A stretch of 32,000 nucleotides of DNA from Candidatus Saccharimonadota bacterium (GTDB lineage Bacteria > Patescibacteriota > Saccharimonadia > Saccharimonadales > Saccharimonadaceae). Of this stretch, positions 17,752-27,712 are shown piece after piece; position 1 is the stretch's first letter, and each line of letters starts with the position of its first letter. Location: NCBI GenBank assembly GCA_020160975.1, contig JAIUPJ010000001.1, positions 939,551 through 971,550 on the forward strand. Reading direction: 5' to 3'. The notes under the pieces were generated by a model that saw only the letters and a list, made by a program, of their open reading frames with translations, had not been told where the DNA came from and searched no databases. The translations under genes and the position numbers were made by a program.

Positions 17752-20430
17752 TCAGTGGCCATTATATGGAACAGGAGAAGCGCTGGCACTGTAGTACGCC
17801 ACGTCAGTCACGGTTGCACCGAGATTACAGCTCGAGTTGACTTCTGACAAGCTAACCGGGAAACTGCCGCTTGCAGAGATAGACTGCGTAGAGATCGTCT
17901 GCGAACCACAGGTGACAGTCAGCTTCTGGAGTGCAAATCGACCATTGGTGACGTTGACGGTGACGGACTTTGCGCTATTGTTTGGCGTACTGATCGTAAC
18001 GGTGGGCTGCGCATCGCCGCACTGGTGTGTGTCGTCATTTTCGTTCGGGAGATAACCGTCGGGAGCAGTGACGATCTCTTTTTTGGTATACGGATCGATA
18101 GTTTTGCTAACAGCGATATCGATTTTTGCGCTAGCGGGCGTGCAGTCCGTCGCCTTTTTTTTGGAAGCTTTGTCGAAGGTCATCGTTGCATTGGTGATTG
18201 ACTGCGTCTTGTTGTAGTACGACGGATATATCTCATTGCCGATTCGCTGAATGCCACTTGGCGCAGTGAACCAGTCGCTGTACTGAGCTTTTCCTTGTTC
18301 GACGTAAAGCTTGGTGACATCAGCCATAGTTCGGTCAAAGAACATAGCCGGAATCAGCGAGTTGCCTTGCCGTAGCGGTGTGGTGTCAGGGTTGCCTAGC
18401 CATACTGCCATCGACAGATTTGGCGTGAAGCCAACTGTCCAGATATCTTTCGGTACGATCTTGCCATAGAGCTCACCATTGCTAGTGCCGGTTTTTGCCG
18501 CGGCCTTGACACGAAGGGCGTTGAGGCTAAACAGGTAGTCCTGATTCCAACCAAGACCTGCGCGGGCGGCGGAGTCACCCATGATGTCTGCGACGATGTA
18601 GGCTGCCTGCGGGTCAATAACTTGTTTGGTTTCAGACTTGTAGCTTTTAAGGGTCTGCCCTGTGCTATTTGTGACTTTGAGGATGGTGGTTTGTGGCATA
18701 TAGACACCCATGCGGCCAAGCGAGGCAAACGCATTGACGTGGTCAACAAGTCGCGTCCCGCAGCCGCCAATAGCGCTCGACAGGCCTGCCTGGGCGTCGG
18801 CACCTTGGGTGCAATAATAGGTGTCACCAAGATTGCGAACCGTCTCCCAGGTGCTGCCTTCTCGGTTTTTTTCGTTGATACCCATTGCCTTAATAGCAGG
18901 GATATTGCGCGAACGATCCAACGCAAGGCGAAGGTTGATATTACCCTGGAACTTTCCATCGGCATTCTGTGGTTTGTACCCGCCAGGGAAAGTCGTAGCC
19001 GTATCGGCAAGGACTGACCCACTACCAAAGTTGGCATTGCCTTCTCCTTGGTTTTGGAAAAGTTGGGCATACACTAATGGCTTAATCGACGAGCCAGGCT
19101 GGATAAATCCAGTCGCCGCATTGTCTTGACCAAATCCAGGGTAGGCAAAATCGCGGCTGCCGACCAGCGCAACCAATTGACCGGTCTTAGTGTCTTCAAT
19201 TGCCGCCGCGCCGTTAGTAAAGCCGGCGTAGTTGGCGCAATTAATATACCCACAGTTACGATCGGTCATCTCACCGCTGAACATGGCAGTCATACTTTCT
19301 TCGAGCTTCGTCTGGACATCGTAGTCCAGCGTGGTTTTGACAGTGAGGCCACCGTTGCCGACAACCGTTTTTCCGAGAGTTTTCTCTAGCTGGGTGCGCA
19401 CCATCAGGACGAAATGCGGTGCTTTGATGCCAGCGAGCTGGTCAGCAAGCGGCTGAACAGTATCCATAATAGCGACTTTTTTGGCGGCCTCGGCTTCTTC
19501 CTTGGTGATGTATTTCATCTCTACCATACCATCGAGAACTTTATGCTGGCGTTCCACAAGTGCCTCGTGCCCTTCGACGTTATAGGGATTGTAGACCGAT
19601 GGGTTGTTGGGGATTGCGGCTAGTAGCGCACATTCTGGGAGCGTCAACTCTTTTGAAGATTTGTGGAAGTAGGTTTGTGCCGCCGACTCGACGCCGTTGC
19701 GACGCCCACCGTAGGGTGATTCATTGAGGTAGAGGCCAAGAATTTGGTCTTTTGGATAGAGCCGCTCGACCTCGATCGCCAGAATCATTTCCTTAATTTT
19801 ACGGGGAACACCTGCCAGACCGCGCTGCTGTGCTTCGTCGGCAAAGTAGACTTGTTTTACCAACTGCTGTGTCAGAGTCGAACCACCCTGGACAGCATTG
19901 CCCTGTGAGTTACTGATGAAAGCACGCAGTAGGCCGCTTGGGCTAATGCCGTTGTGCTGATAAAATTCTTTATCCTCGATAGCGATCGTGGCCTTGCCCA
20001 TGCAGGGTGAAATTGTTTTTGGATCAACGACAAGCGTGTAATCACCATCGCCCTTGTCTTCCCAGAGTAGTTTGTCGTTGCGGTCGTAGTATTTTGTGAC
20101 CGTGGTCTTGACACGCTGAGACAGTGTGCCAGGCCGAATCGCATCGAGATCTTTGCGGTAATAAGCAAATAACGCCAATACCATCAGGATGCTAATTGCT
20201 AGAAATACCCCGAGGCCCTTGAGTAGCGCCAACGCACCGCGACGGCTAAACCAAAATGCAGCAACACGCTTTGGGTGGAGGCGATGAATGATTCGCTTAA
20301 GAGGATGCTTGGGGAGCGTGGCGAGATATTCGGCTTTCTTGCGCGCCTTGGTATCTTTTTTGGTGCGGCGCTTGGTCGCGAGATTTGAGTACACGCTAAT
20401 GGCGCGTGAAGGCTTCTTCGTTTTTACCAC
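17752..20430 (-). CDS. Class A penicillin-binding protein (glycosyltransferase plus transpeptidase)
   Basis: The 892-aa ORF has GT51 motifs EDKEFYQHNG, GGSTLTQQLVKQ and RKIKEMILAIEVE. The transpeptidase motifs are SSIKP (SxxK) and KTGTS (KTG). It also has a basic N-terminus with a TM anchor and a Ser/Thr-rich C-terminal extension of about 170 aa. Confidence 0.9.
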   Translation of the reverse strand: MVKTKKPSRAISVYSNLATKRRTKKDTKARKKAEYLATLPKHPLKRIIHRLHPKRVAAFWFSRRGALALLKGLGVFLAISILMVLALFAYYRKDLDAIRPGTLSQRVKTTVTKYYDRNDKLLWEDKGDGDYTLVVDPKTISPCMGKATIAIEDKEFYQHNGISPSGLLRAFISNSQGNAVQGGSTLTQQLVKQVYFADEAQQRGLAGVPRKIKEMILAIEVERLYPKDQILGLYLNESPYGGRRNGVESAAQTYFHKSSKELTLPECALLAAIPNNPSVYNPYNVEGHEALVERQHKVLDGMVEMKYITKEEAEAAKKVAIMDTVQPLADQLAGIKAPHFVLMVRTQLEKTLGKTVVGNGGLTVKTTLDYDVQTKLEESMTAMFSGEMTDRNCGYINCANYAGFTNGAAAIEDTKTGQLVALVGSRDFAYPGFGQDNAATGFIQPGSSIKPLVYAQLFQNQGEGNANFGSGSVLADTATTFPGGYKPQNADGKFQGNINLRLALDRSRNIPAIKAMGINEKNREGSTWETVRNLGDTYYCTQGADAQAGLSSAIGGCGTRLVDHVNAFASLGRMGVYMPQTTILKVTNSTGQTLKSYKSETKQVIDPQAAYIVADIMGDSAARAGLGWNQDYLFSLNALRVKAAAKTGTSNGELYGKIVPKDIWTVGFTPNLSMAVWLGNPDTTPLRQGNSLIPAMFFDRTMADVTKLYVEQGKAQYSDWFTAPSGIQRIGNEIYPSYYNKTQSITNATMTFDKASKKKATDCTPASAKIDIAVSKTIDPYTKKEIVTAPDGYLPNENDDTHQCGDAQPTVTISTPNNSAKSVTVNVTNGRFALQKLTVTCGSQTISTQSISASGSFPVSLSEVNSSCNLGATVTDVAYYSASASPVPYNGH

Positions 20431-20543
20431 GTTTATTTACTTCCCATAAGCAATATTACTTTCATTATATACCAAAACAGCCTGTGCGCGAATTGATTTT
20501 TCGTGGTACTATAACTACGATAAATAGAGAGAGGAAACAGCCC

Positions 20544-21755
20544 ATGACACTTTCAGAAGAGCTCGCGTGGCGAGGGTTTATCAACCAATCGACCTTCGCT
20601 GATATCAAAGAATTGGACGAACAGACCCGGACTTTCTATTGGGGCGTTGACCCAAGTGCAGATAGTATGACGATTGGCCACTTAGCGCCAGCGATGATGA
20701 TTCGGCATTTTATGAACCACGGCTACAAAGCAATTTTACTGGCCGGCGGTGCTACGGGCATGATTGGTGACCCAGACGGCAAAAAACAAGAGAGAGACTT
20801 GAAGTCCCCTGAAGAAATTAGCCGCAATGTTGACGGATTAGTCGCGCAGTACAAGACGGTGTTTGCTGGCCAAGAGTTTGATCTTGTGAACAACTACGAC
20901 TGGTTCCATGAAATTGGCTTTTTGCAGTTTTTGCGTGAGGTTGGTAAGCATATGAGTATGACACAGCTGCTCGATCGAGAGTTTATCAAGTCTCGTATCG
21001 GTGAAGGCGGCGAAGGGATTAGTTATGCTGAGTTTAGTTATGCGTTGATCCAGGGCTACGACTTCCTCCATTTATTCCGTGAAAAAGGCGCGACGCTACA
21101 GGTGGCGGGCGCCGACCAGTGGGGTAATAGTATCGCCGGCGTGTCACTAATTCGCAAACTAGAAAGCGCAGAAGCACATGTCTTTACAACGCCCCTCATT
21201 ATCAACAAGCAAACAGGAGTGAAGTTCGGCAAGAGCGAGGCGGGCGCCGTGTGGCTCGATCCTGCCAAGACCAGTCCCTACCAGTTCTATCAGTTTTGGT
21301 TGAACTGCGACGACGAGACCAGCGAAGATTTGATAAAAATTTACACTTTGCTTGGCAAAGATGAAGTAGAGGGTGTCATTGTGTCCCACAAAAGCAATCC
21401 CGGAGCACGCTTGTTGCAAAAAACCCTCGCACGCGAGGTTACTGAGCTCATACACGGTCGTGAGCGCTGCGAATCAGTAGAGCGGGTCACCGCTGTATTG
21501 TTCGGCGGTGAGAACTTCCAGAGTTTGAGCGAAGCAGATATTGATGAGCTTGCTGCCGAAATCCCAACTGTCAGCAAGCAGACGGTTGTTACAGCTCTTG
21601 TCGAATCAGAAGTTGTCGCGAGCAATGGCGAAGCCAAGCGCTTGATCGAAGGAGGCGGCGTAAGTGTGAATGGTCAAAAAATTACCGATGACCACGATAT
21701 AACAGAGACAAGTTTAGTCAAAAAAGGCAAAAATAGTTTTGTGCTCGTACGCTAA
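20544..21755 (+). CDS. tyrS: Tyrosine--tRNA ligase
   Basis: The start is taken at MTLSEELAWRGF, with GAGGAA upstream. The HIGH-type motif is MTIGHL and the KMSKS-type motif is KFGKS. The C-terminal domain is S4-like (NGEAKRLIEGGGVSVNGQKI). Confidence 0.95.
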   Translation: MTLSEELAWRGFINQSTFADIKELDEQTRTFYWGVDPSADSMTIGHLAPAMMIRHFMNHGYKAILLAGGATGMIGDPDGKKQERDLKSPEEISRNVDGLVAQYKTVFAGQEFDLVNNYDWFHEIGFLQFLREVGKHMSMTQLLDREFIKSRIGEGGEGISYAEFSYALIQGYDFLHLFREKGATLQVAGADQWGNSIAGVSLIRKLESAEAHVFTTPLIINKQTGVKFGKSEAGAVWLDPAKTSPYQFYQFWLNCDDETSEDLIKIYTLLGKDEVEGVIVSHKSNPGARLLQKTLAREVTELIHGRERCESVERVTAVLFGGENFQSLSEADIDELAAEIPTVSKQTVVTALVESEVVASNGEAKRLIEGGGVSVNGQKITDDHDITETSLVKKGKNSFVLVR

Positions 21756-21808
21756 CCTGTGTGATTATGTAGGCTGAGGCACTGATCATATATAACTTGG
21801 AGGTAAAA

Positions 21809-23584
21809 ATGAACGATTTGCAAAGCCATCTTTCCGAAGCGGCAGTCAACAATATTGAAATATGGCTGACACTGCCGAAGTATGCCGAGTACAAGCAGGA
21901 GCTTCTAGCAATGATTGAGGCTAAACGATGGAAAGATCTTGAAGACTCATTTTTTAAGGTTATAGAATTTGGGACCGGAGGACGACGGGGTGCAACAGGC
22001 GTGGGAAGTAATCGAATTAACCGCGTCACAATTGGCGAATCAACGCAAGCGCTCTGTCTCTATGCTGCACAAGCTGATTCAGAGGCGCCCACAAAAGGAG
22101 TCGTGATCGCCTGTGACACCCGACTAAGCTCACCGGAGCTTAGTCGTTATGCAGCTCAGGTAGCTGCAGCCAACGGATTTAAGACATATATCTTCGATAG
22201 TTTTCGTGCGACACCCGAACTAAGTTTTGCGGTGAGAGAGCTGGGCTGTGCAGTTGGTATTGTCATCAGTGCTAGTCATAATCCCCCCGCTGATAACGGC
22301 TTCAAAGCGTATTGGAGTGATGGTGGACAGCTTGTCGCACCTCATGACAAAGGCGTACTTGAAGTAGCAGCAAAGGTCGAAATGATACAATCGCTCGACT
22401 CTTACGAAGAAGGTGTCGCTAGCGGGAAGATAACCATAATCTCTAGCGAGATTGATGACAAATACCTTAATGCTGTCGTCGCGCAGGCAGAAGGATCGGT
22501 CCGTGATATCAAGATTGTCTACTCGCCTTTACACGGTGCTGGACAGACAAATGTATTACCAGCCCTAGAGCGGGCGGGTTTTAAAGACATCATCATTGTC
22601 GCTGATCAAATGGTGCCGGATGGAAACTTCCCTACAATAGAGAATGGCAAGCCTAACCCGGAAGAAAAGGTAGCAAATGACCGCGCTGTGGCGCTCATGC
22701 TTGCAGAGGATGCCGATATCGCGATTACGAACGATCCAGATGCCGACCGGATTGGCGTGATGGTGCGCCAGGGTGACGAACCCATTTACTTGAACGGTAA
22801 CCAGGCTGCGGTACTGGCTACTGAATACGCGCTTCGCAAGAGACACGAAAGAAGCGAGCTTACGTCACGTCACTACGTAGCTAAAACTATCGTGACAACA
22901 GACATGCTTGGAGCGGTCGCGGATCAATATGGCGTAAAGACGTATGGCAATATGTTAATCGGGTTTAAGTATATTGGTGAGCTGATTCTTAATAAAGAAA
23001 ACACTGACGAGGTGTTTGTGATCGGGGGCGAGGAGAGCTACGGACTGCTAAAAGGTGATTATGCGCGAGATAAAGACGGCGCGACCGGTGCGTTGCCGCT
23101 CACAGAATATGCTGCAGAGCTAAAAGCAGAAGGTAAAACTTTGTGGGATAGAATGCTGGAGTTGTATGTAGAGTACGGCCTTTACGTAGAGCGACTCGAT
23201 ACGATGGTGTGCCCAGGTGCTGAGGGATTCATGCAGATGCAACAAATCATGGCAGACTTGCGCGATAATCCACCGACGCAGATTGATAACCATAAAGTAA
23301 CGGCTGTGCTAGACTACAAGACGCTCAAGCGAACCGAACTAAAGACTGGCGAGACAACAAAGATCGACTGCATATCAGGTGATGTGTTCGTATTGGAGTT
23401 TGGTGATAGGCGTCGTCGTATCACTATTCGTCCGAGCGGCACTGAGCCAAAGCTGAAGTTTTACAATCAATGGCACACTGAAGCGAGTAACCCTAAATCG
23501 GACTACGATGAAGTGATGCAGGAGCTTGAAAACACTTCGAGAGAACTAGAGGGGATTTTACTTGCTCGTATCAGTTCATGTTGA
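21809..23584 (+). CDS. Phosphoglucomutase/phosphomannomutase family phosphosugar mutase
   Basis: The start ATG at 21809 has GGAGG upstream. The catalytic loop is ISASHNPPADNGFK and the metal-binding site is NDPDADR. The sugar-binding GEESYG and phosphate-binding IRPSGTEP motifs are both present. Confidence 0.9.
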   Translation: MNDLQSHLSEAAVNNIEIWLTLPKYAEYKQELLAMIEAKRWKDLEDSFFKVIEFGTGGRRGATGVGSNRINRVTIGESTQALCLYAAQADSEAPTKGVVIACDTRLSSPELSRYAAQVAAANGFKTYIFDSFRATPELSFAVRELGCAVGIVISASHNPPADNGFKAYWSDGGQLVAPHDKGVLEVAAKVEMIQSLDSYEEGVASGKITIISSEIDDKYLNAVVAQAEGSVRDIKIVYSPLHGAGQTNVLPALERAGFKDIIIVADQMVPDGNFPTIENGKPNPEEKVANDRAVALMLAEDADIAITNDPDADRIGVMVRQGDEPIYLNGNQAAVLATEYALRKRHERSELTSRHYVAKTIVTTDMLGAVADQYGVKTYGNMLIGFKYIGELILNKENTDEVFVIGGEESYGLLKGDYARDKDGATGALPLTEYAAELKAEGKTLWDRMLELYVEYGLYVERLDTMVCPGAEGFMQMQQIMADLRDNPPTQIDNHKVTAVLDYKTLKRTELKTGETTKIDCISGDVFVLEFGDRRRRITIRPSGTEPKLKFYNQWHTEASNPKSDYDEVMQELENTSRELEGILLARISSC

Positions 23585-23615
23585 CTGTTTACAGTGCGAG
23601 GTATACTAGTTTAGT

Positions 23616-25799
23616 ATGAACCTAGCGACGAGTCTTGACCAGATAAAGGGAGTGGGGCCGAAAACTGCCGAGCAACTGCGCACGGCGGGGCTTCGGACGG
23701 TCGGCGATTTGCTGATGTTCTTACCGATGCGGCACGAGGATTTTACAGGACTTACGACGATTGCTGATCTTAAGCCTGGCAAAGTCACTATAAAGGCACG
23801 GTGTGAGGCGATTTCGACGCGACCGGTGCGCCGTGGCCTACGCCTAACTACCGCGGTATTGGCAGACGACACCGGCAAGCTCAATGCCGTGTGGTTCAAC
23901 CAGCCATATCGTACTCAGCAGCTTGGCGGTAGCAACGATGAATTTTATTTTAGCGGTGCGTTCGAATACAATTACGGCAAATATCAGCTGACAAATCCTA
24001 GTGCGGAGCTGGCAAAAGATTTGCCGGTGCAGGCAGAGCGCCTCGTGCCGGTGTATCACTCGATTCGTGGCCTCAAGAGTCAGGTGGTGCGCAAAGTGCT
24101 CGAGGAACTGCGCCCACTCATGAGTGTGCTGCCCGAAACGCTTCCTGAATCTATCGTGGCATCAGAAAAGCTGATGAGCCGCGCAGATGCTATCGCTACG
24201 ATGCATTTCCCGAAACGACTTGAAGACGTCACCAAGGCGCGCGAGCGGTTGGCGTTTGAGGAGTTGTTTGAGCTACTGCTCGCGAGTCAATTAAATAAGC
24301 AGTCGAACCAAAAGCTCGCTGGGTATCATATTCCGTTTGAGGTGAGTGTTGTCAAAGATTTTGTGTCACAGCTGCCGTTTCAGCTGACGAACGCTCAGCG
24401 AAAAGCCGCCTGGGATGTTGTGCAAGATTTTGAAAAATCCGTACCAATGAACCGGCTACTCCAGGGCGATGTCGGCAGCGGCAAGACTGTTGTTGCCGGG
24501 TTGGCGGCACGACAGGCGGCGAGCCAGGGCTACCAGACGGCTATCATGGCTCCGACTGAAATCCTCGCCACCCAGCATGCCGAGACGCTCGACAGGCTTT
24601 TGGCGCCTTTTGGCGTGAAGGTCGGTCTGTTGATTGGCAGCGTCAAGGGTAAGGCCCGGACGACGCTGTATGAGCAAATTGCGAACGGGAAAGTTGATGT
24701 GGTGGTTGGCACGCACGCACTCATTCAGGACAAGGTCGAGTTTCATAACCTTGGCTTTGTTGTCATTGATGAGCAGCATCGATTTGGAGTCGAGCAGCGG
24801 CAGAAATTGCTCGCAAAGTCGAAAGGGAGCGTCCGTCCATTTACTTCTTCACAATCGGTCAGGCCTGGAGAATCTAGGCCTACGGGCCTGGAATCTCCAG
24901 AGATTGACGCGCGGATCGTCAATGGTTCAGAATTGAACGGACGGACGCCTCACGATGAGCCGGCGCTTGTGCAAGGACTTTTGCCCCACTTACTCGCGAT
25001 GACTGCGACGCCCATTCCGCGTAGCCTTGCACTTACCGTCTATGGCGAGCTGGACATTAGTGTGCTAAATGAGCGCCCGGCCAATCGCTTGCCCATCAAA
25101 ACGCAGATTGTGTCGCCAGTGTCGGCGGCGAAGATCTACGAGCAGGTCGATAAGGAGATTGCAACTGGTCGTCAAGTTTATGTTATTTGCAGCTTGATCG
25201 AGGAAAACCCGGACAATGAGGTAAAAAGTGTACAAGTAGAGTATAAACGGCTCAAAAACAGTGTGTTTGGTCATCGCAAGATCGGCCTGCTGCATGGTAA
25301 GATGAAGCCGACAGAAAAAGAGCAGGTTATGCAGGACTTCAAGGACAAAAAATACGATATCCTTGTCAGCACTACCGTCGTCGAGGTAGGTGTTGACGTG
25401 TCTAACGCTACTGTGATGATCATCGAAAATGCCGATCGGTTTGGCTTGGCGCAGCTGCACCAGCTGCGTGGGCGCGTGGGACGAGCAGAGTACCAGAGTT
25501 ACTGCTATCTGATGATGAGCGGAACAAACAAGCCAAGCGAACGGCTACGCGAAGTTGAGAAAAGTAATGACGGCTTTTACCTCGCTGAAGTTGATATGCA
25601 ACTGCGTGGCCCGGGCGAAATCTATGGTCGCATGCAGAGCGGCGCGCTCAATCTCCAGATTGCGACACTCGCCGACACGGCGCTCATTTCTCGTGCGCAA
25701 AAAGCCGCCAAGCGCTTCATCGAGCACGAAGATATCGGTAGTTATGCTGGTCTGAACGAGCGTGTCCGGTACTATCAGCGCCTGACGACGCTGAATTAG
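23616..25799 (+). CDS. recG: ATP-dependent DNA helicase RecG
   Basis: The ORF has a wedge/OB N-terminal region and the SF2 helicase motifs GDVGSGKT, MAPTEILA, VIDEQHRFG, MTATPIPRSLA, TTVVEVGVDV and QLRGRVGRA. An extra 45 aa or so lie between motifs II and III. Confidence 0.95.
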   Translation: MNLATSLDQIKGVGPKTAEQLRTAGLRTVGDLLMFLPMRHEDFTGLTTIADLKPGKVTIKARCEAISTRPVRRGLRLTTAVLADDTGKLNAVWFNQPYRTQQLGGSNDEFYFSGAFEYNYGKYQLTNPSAELAKDLPVQAERLVPVYHSIRGLKSQVVRKVLEELRPLMSVLPETLPESIVASEKLMSRADAIATMHFPKRLEDVTKARERLAFEELFELLLASQLNKQSNQKLAGYHIPFEVSVVKDFVSQLPFQLTNAQRKAAWDVVQDFEKSVPMNRLLQGDVGSGKTVVAGLAARQAASQGYQTAIMAPTEILATQHAETLDRLLAPFGVKVGLLIGSVKGKARTTLYEQIANGKVDVVVGTHALIQDKVEFHNLGFVVIDEQHRFGVEQRQKLLAKSKGSVRPFTSSQSVRPGESRPTGLESPEIDARIVNGSELNGRTPHDEPALVQGLLPHLLAMTATPIPRSLALTVYGELDISVLNERPANRLPIKTQIVSPVSAAKIYEQVDKEIATGRQVYVICSLIEENPDNEVKSVQVEYKRLKNSVFGHRKIGLLHGKMKPTEKEQVMQDFKDKKYDILVSTTVVEVGVDVSNATVMIIENADRFGLAQLHQLRGRVGRAEYQSYCYLMMSGTNKPSERLREVEKSNDGFYLAEVDMQLRGPGEIYGRMQSGALNLQIATLADTALISRAQKAAKRFIEHEDIGSYAGLNERVRYYQRLTTLN
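24827..24951. repeat. Palindromic (MITE/RPE-like) element inserted in-frame in recG
   Basis: The terminal inverted repeats are GAGCGTCCGTCC (24827-24838) and GGACGGACGCCTC (24939-24951). The internal arms are about 65% self-complementary, with sub-hairpins at 24861-24880 and 24887-24899. Confidence 0.4.
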
Positions 25800-25944
25800 C
25801 CAGTGCAAACGTAATCAGTTTCTGCTAGTATAATACCAATGGAGACTCTAATGTGCCGGCAGGGAAAAGCGCAGCCAGTCCGAGTGGATTTACTCCACTC
25901 CACCGCGCGATGGGAAAAACCGTAGGTTTGTCCTATTTCTATCT

Positions 25945-26751
25945 ATGTATTCTGGCACCACTATTCACGGCAAATCGGGCGACATCATGGGTGTCCACCA
26001 AAAGATCGATCGCGTCGCGCGGCGGCATTTTGGTGTGCTACCGGGTGTGGCAGGTGGTTTTCCTACCATCAAAGAAATTTTGCATTTTGAGGGCAACAAC
26101 GGGCCTGACGGTATCAAGCGCAAGAGCCCGAGCATCGACGAGCCGTGGCATTATGTTGACCCTACAAGACCAGACGACACCGAACTTATGACGATGATTC
26201 TGGATCATCATCACAATCTTGTCGAGGCACTTCAGAGCGGCAACCAGCCACGGGCGGCATTTGAGGCCGCTTGGCTTGCCCACGCCATTGTCGATGGACT
26301 GACACCTGCGCATCACTATCCTCTTGGCGACAAAATTGAGGAGCTATGGGGCAAGCCAAAGGACGAGCGTCTCACGATTCGGGAAAAAAATGTTATCAAA
26401 GGCAAAAATCGCCGCGACACCATTAGCAAGAACTGGCAGTACTGGGGAGCGAAGGGCGTGTTCGTGACGCATGGACTATTTGAGCTAGGTGTCGCAACAA
26501 GCATCAAGACAACGCGTTTTCGCGGCATCGGCCCATCGCATGAATGGCTGAAGCACGCTGACGACAGGGGGCTGGAAAAGGTGTTTAGCGATGCTGTGCA
26601 GCAGATTTTTGCGCTCGACATGTATCATAATTTTTGGCAGAATGGCTGGTCGACCCAGCTCGCACAGCAAACTCGCAAAGAGCTCGTACCAGAGATTATT
26701 CGAGTTGTGTCATACTTTTGGTATCATGCCTATCGCGAGGCAGAGCTATGA
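25945..26751 (+). CDS. His-rich putative metal-dependent hydrolase of the zinc phospholipase C / S1-P1 nuclease superfamily type
   Basis: The 268-aa ORF has the motif AHAIVDGLTPAHH, which fits the H-x3-D-x3-P-x-H metal site of that superfamily, plus EPWHYVDP. No signal peptide was seen. The functional call is tentative. Confidence 0.6.
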   Translation: MYSGTTIHGKSGDIMGVHQKIDRVARRHFGVLPGVAGGFPTIKEILHFEGNNGPDGIKRKSPSIDEPWHYVDPTRPDDTELMTMILDHHHNLVEALQSGNQPRAAFEAAWLAHAIVDGLTPAHHYPLGDKIEELWGKPKDERLTIREKNVIKGKNRRDTISKNWQYWGAKGVFVTHGLFELGVATSIKTTRFRGIGPSHEWLKHADDRGLEKVFSDAVQQIFALDMYHNFWQNGWSTQLAQQTRKELVPEIIRVVSYFWYHAYREAEL

Positions 26752-27308
26752 GCTCAATTCGCGTGATTTCAGGACGCTTCGGTGGGCGCAAGCTCGATGC
26801 GCCAAGCGAGGGCAATACCCGTACCAAACCGATGGGCGAGCGAATCCGCAACGCGCTGTTCAACAGTATCGGTGCAGAGATTCAAGATGCACGGGTGCTC
26901 GATGCGTTTGCTGGCACGGGCTCAGTTGGCATCGAGGCGCTGAGCCGTGGGGCAGAGTTTGTGACATTTGTTGAGCGTGACAATGTAGCGGGCAAAATAC
27001 TCATCAACAATATCGCGGCTCTCGGCTTGAAGGGCGAGACGGAGATTATTCGCACAACAATCAACAATTGGCTCGAGACGTCTCAGCACGAGTTGTACGA
27101 TGTTATTTTCGCCGATCCACCCTATCATGATGTGCAGTTATCCACAGTCAGTAAGCTCTTTGCTCTTCTCAAACCCAATGGGCTTATGGTATTATCTCAT
27201 CCAGGAAGAGGTGAGGTGCCAAATCTAATCAAGCTCGGAATTGTTGTGGTGGACAATCGTAGTTATGGAAATGCCTATCTCACCTTCTTCCGCCGAAGAA
27301 GTGACTAG
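26748..27308 (+). CDS. rsmD: 16S rRNA (guanine966-N2)-methyltransferase RsmD
   Basis: The start is MSSIRVISGRFGGRKL. The SAM-binding site is LDAFAGTGSVGIEALSRGA and the catalytic motif is DPPY. An ATGA start/stop overlap links it to the upstream gene. Confidence 0.9.
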   Translation: MSSIRVISGRFGGRKLDAPSEGNTRTKPMGERIRNALFNSIGAEIQDARVLDAFAGTGSVGIEALSRGAEFVTFVERDNVAGKILINNIAALGLKGETEIIRTTINNWLETSQHELYDVIFADPPYHDVQLSTVSKLFALLKPNGLMVLSHPGRGEVPNLIKLGIVVVDNRSYGNAYLTFFRRRSD

Positions 27309-27328
27309 CACCCTCCTAGGGTGTTTTT
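27309..27328 (+). terminator. Rho-independent terminator of rsmD
   Basis: CACCCT-cct-AGGGTG is followed by TTTTT, directly after the stop codon. Confidence 0.65.
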
Positions 27329-27498
27329 AATTGGGTTAACGACAAGGCAAATAAAAGCCGTCTCGTATATGTCACCATAAAACTTTTATCACCTGAGAAC
27401 TGTACTGTGCGCTCCATAATTTCTCCTTTTCTATTGGTGAGTCCAGTATATCAAAATTCTATTTTTACTCGGCAAAGCTAGTTGCAGGTGAGTGTGTT

Positions 27499-27507
27499 TG
27501 ATATAAT
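27499..27507 (+). promoter_or_regulatory. Extended -10 promoter (TGaTATAAT) for tRNA-Leu
   Basis: TGATATAAT ends 10 nt upstream of the first tRNA nucleotide. Confidence 0.5.
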
Positions 27508-27517
27508 ATGTGTATAC

Positions 27518-27602
27518 GCGGATGTGGTGGAATTGGTAGACACGCATGCCTTAGGAGCATGTGCCTCACGGCGTGAAGGTTCAAGTCCTTTCATCCGCAC
27601 CA
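27518..27602 (+). tRNA. tRNA-Leu (anticodon UAG), class II with a long variable arm and encoded CCA
   Basis: The acceptor stem pairs GCGGATG with CATCCGC and is followed by ACCA. The D-loop is GGAATTGGTAGA. The anticodon stem CATGC/GCATG carries the loop CTTAGGA. A long variable arm is present, and the T-arm is GAAGGTTCAAGTCCTTC. Confidence 0.95.
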
Positions 27603-27712
27603 TGCAAAGAATCGATCGTTTGGTCGGTTTTTTGTTTTGTGTGAATAGAAGTGGCTACTGCTCACGCTTATGCTAAAATATAGGCAATGAGTGTAATACT
27701 ATTGGGGGTTAG

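Noticed and set aside
20406-20543. The N-terminal extension of tyrS in the ORF track (MKASSFLPRL...)
   Set aside because: It overlaps the PBP start and the divergent promoter region. The canonical TyrRS N-terminus begins at ATG 20544, which has a GAGGAA Shine-Dalgarno sequence.
20431-20543. A T-box leader upstream of tyrS
   Set aside because: Only 113 nt are available, whereas T-box leaders are about 200-300 nt. There is no AGGGTGGTACCGCG-type T-box sequence and no terminator hairpin.
25853-26191. A 112-aa ORF, and a 24-aa upstream ORF starting at 25851, overlapping the start of the His-rich hydrolase gene
   Set aside because: The overlapping frame at 25945-26751 is far longer and carries a recognisable metal-site motif. 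The 112-aa product is rich in R/S/T/C with no identifiable features.
27482-27676. A 64-aa ORF spanning the tRNA-Leu locus
   Set aside because: The region folds as a canonical class II tRNA with an encoded CCA, so the ORF is incidental.
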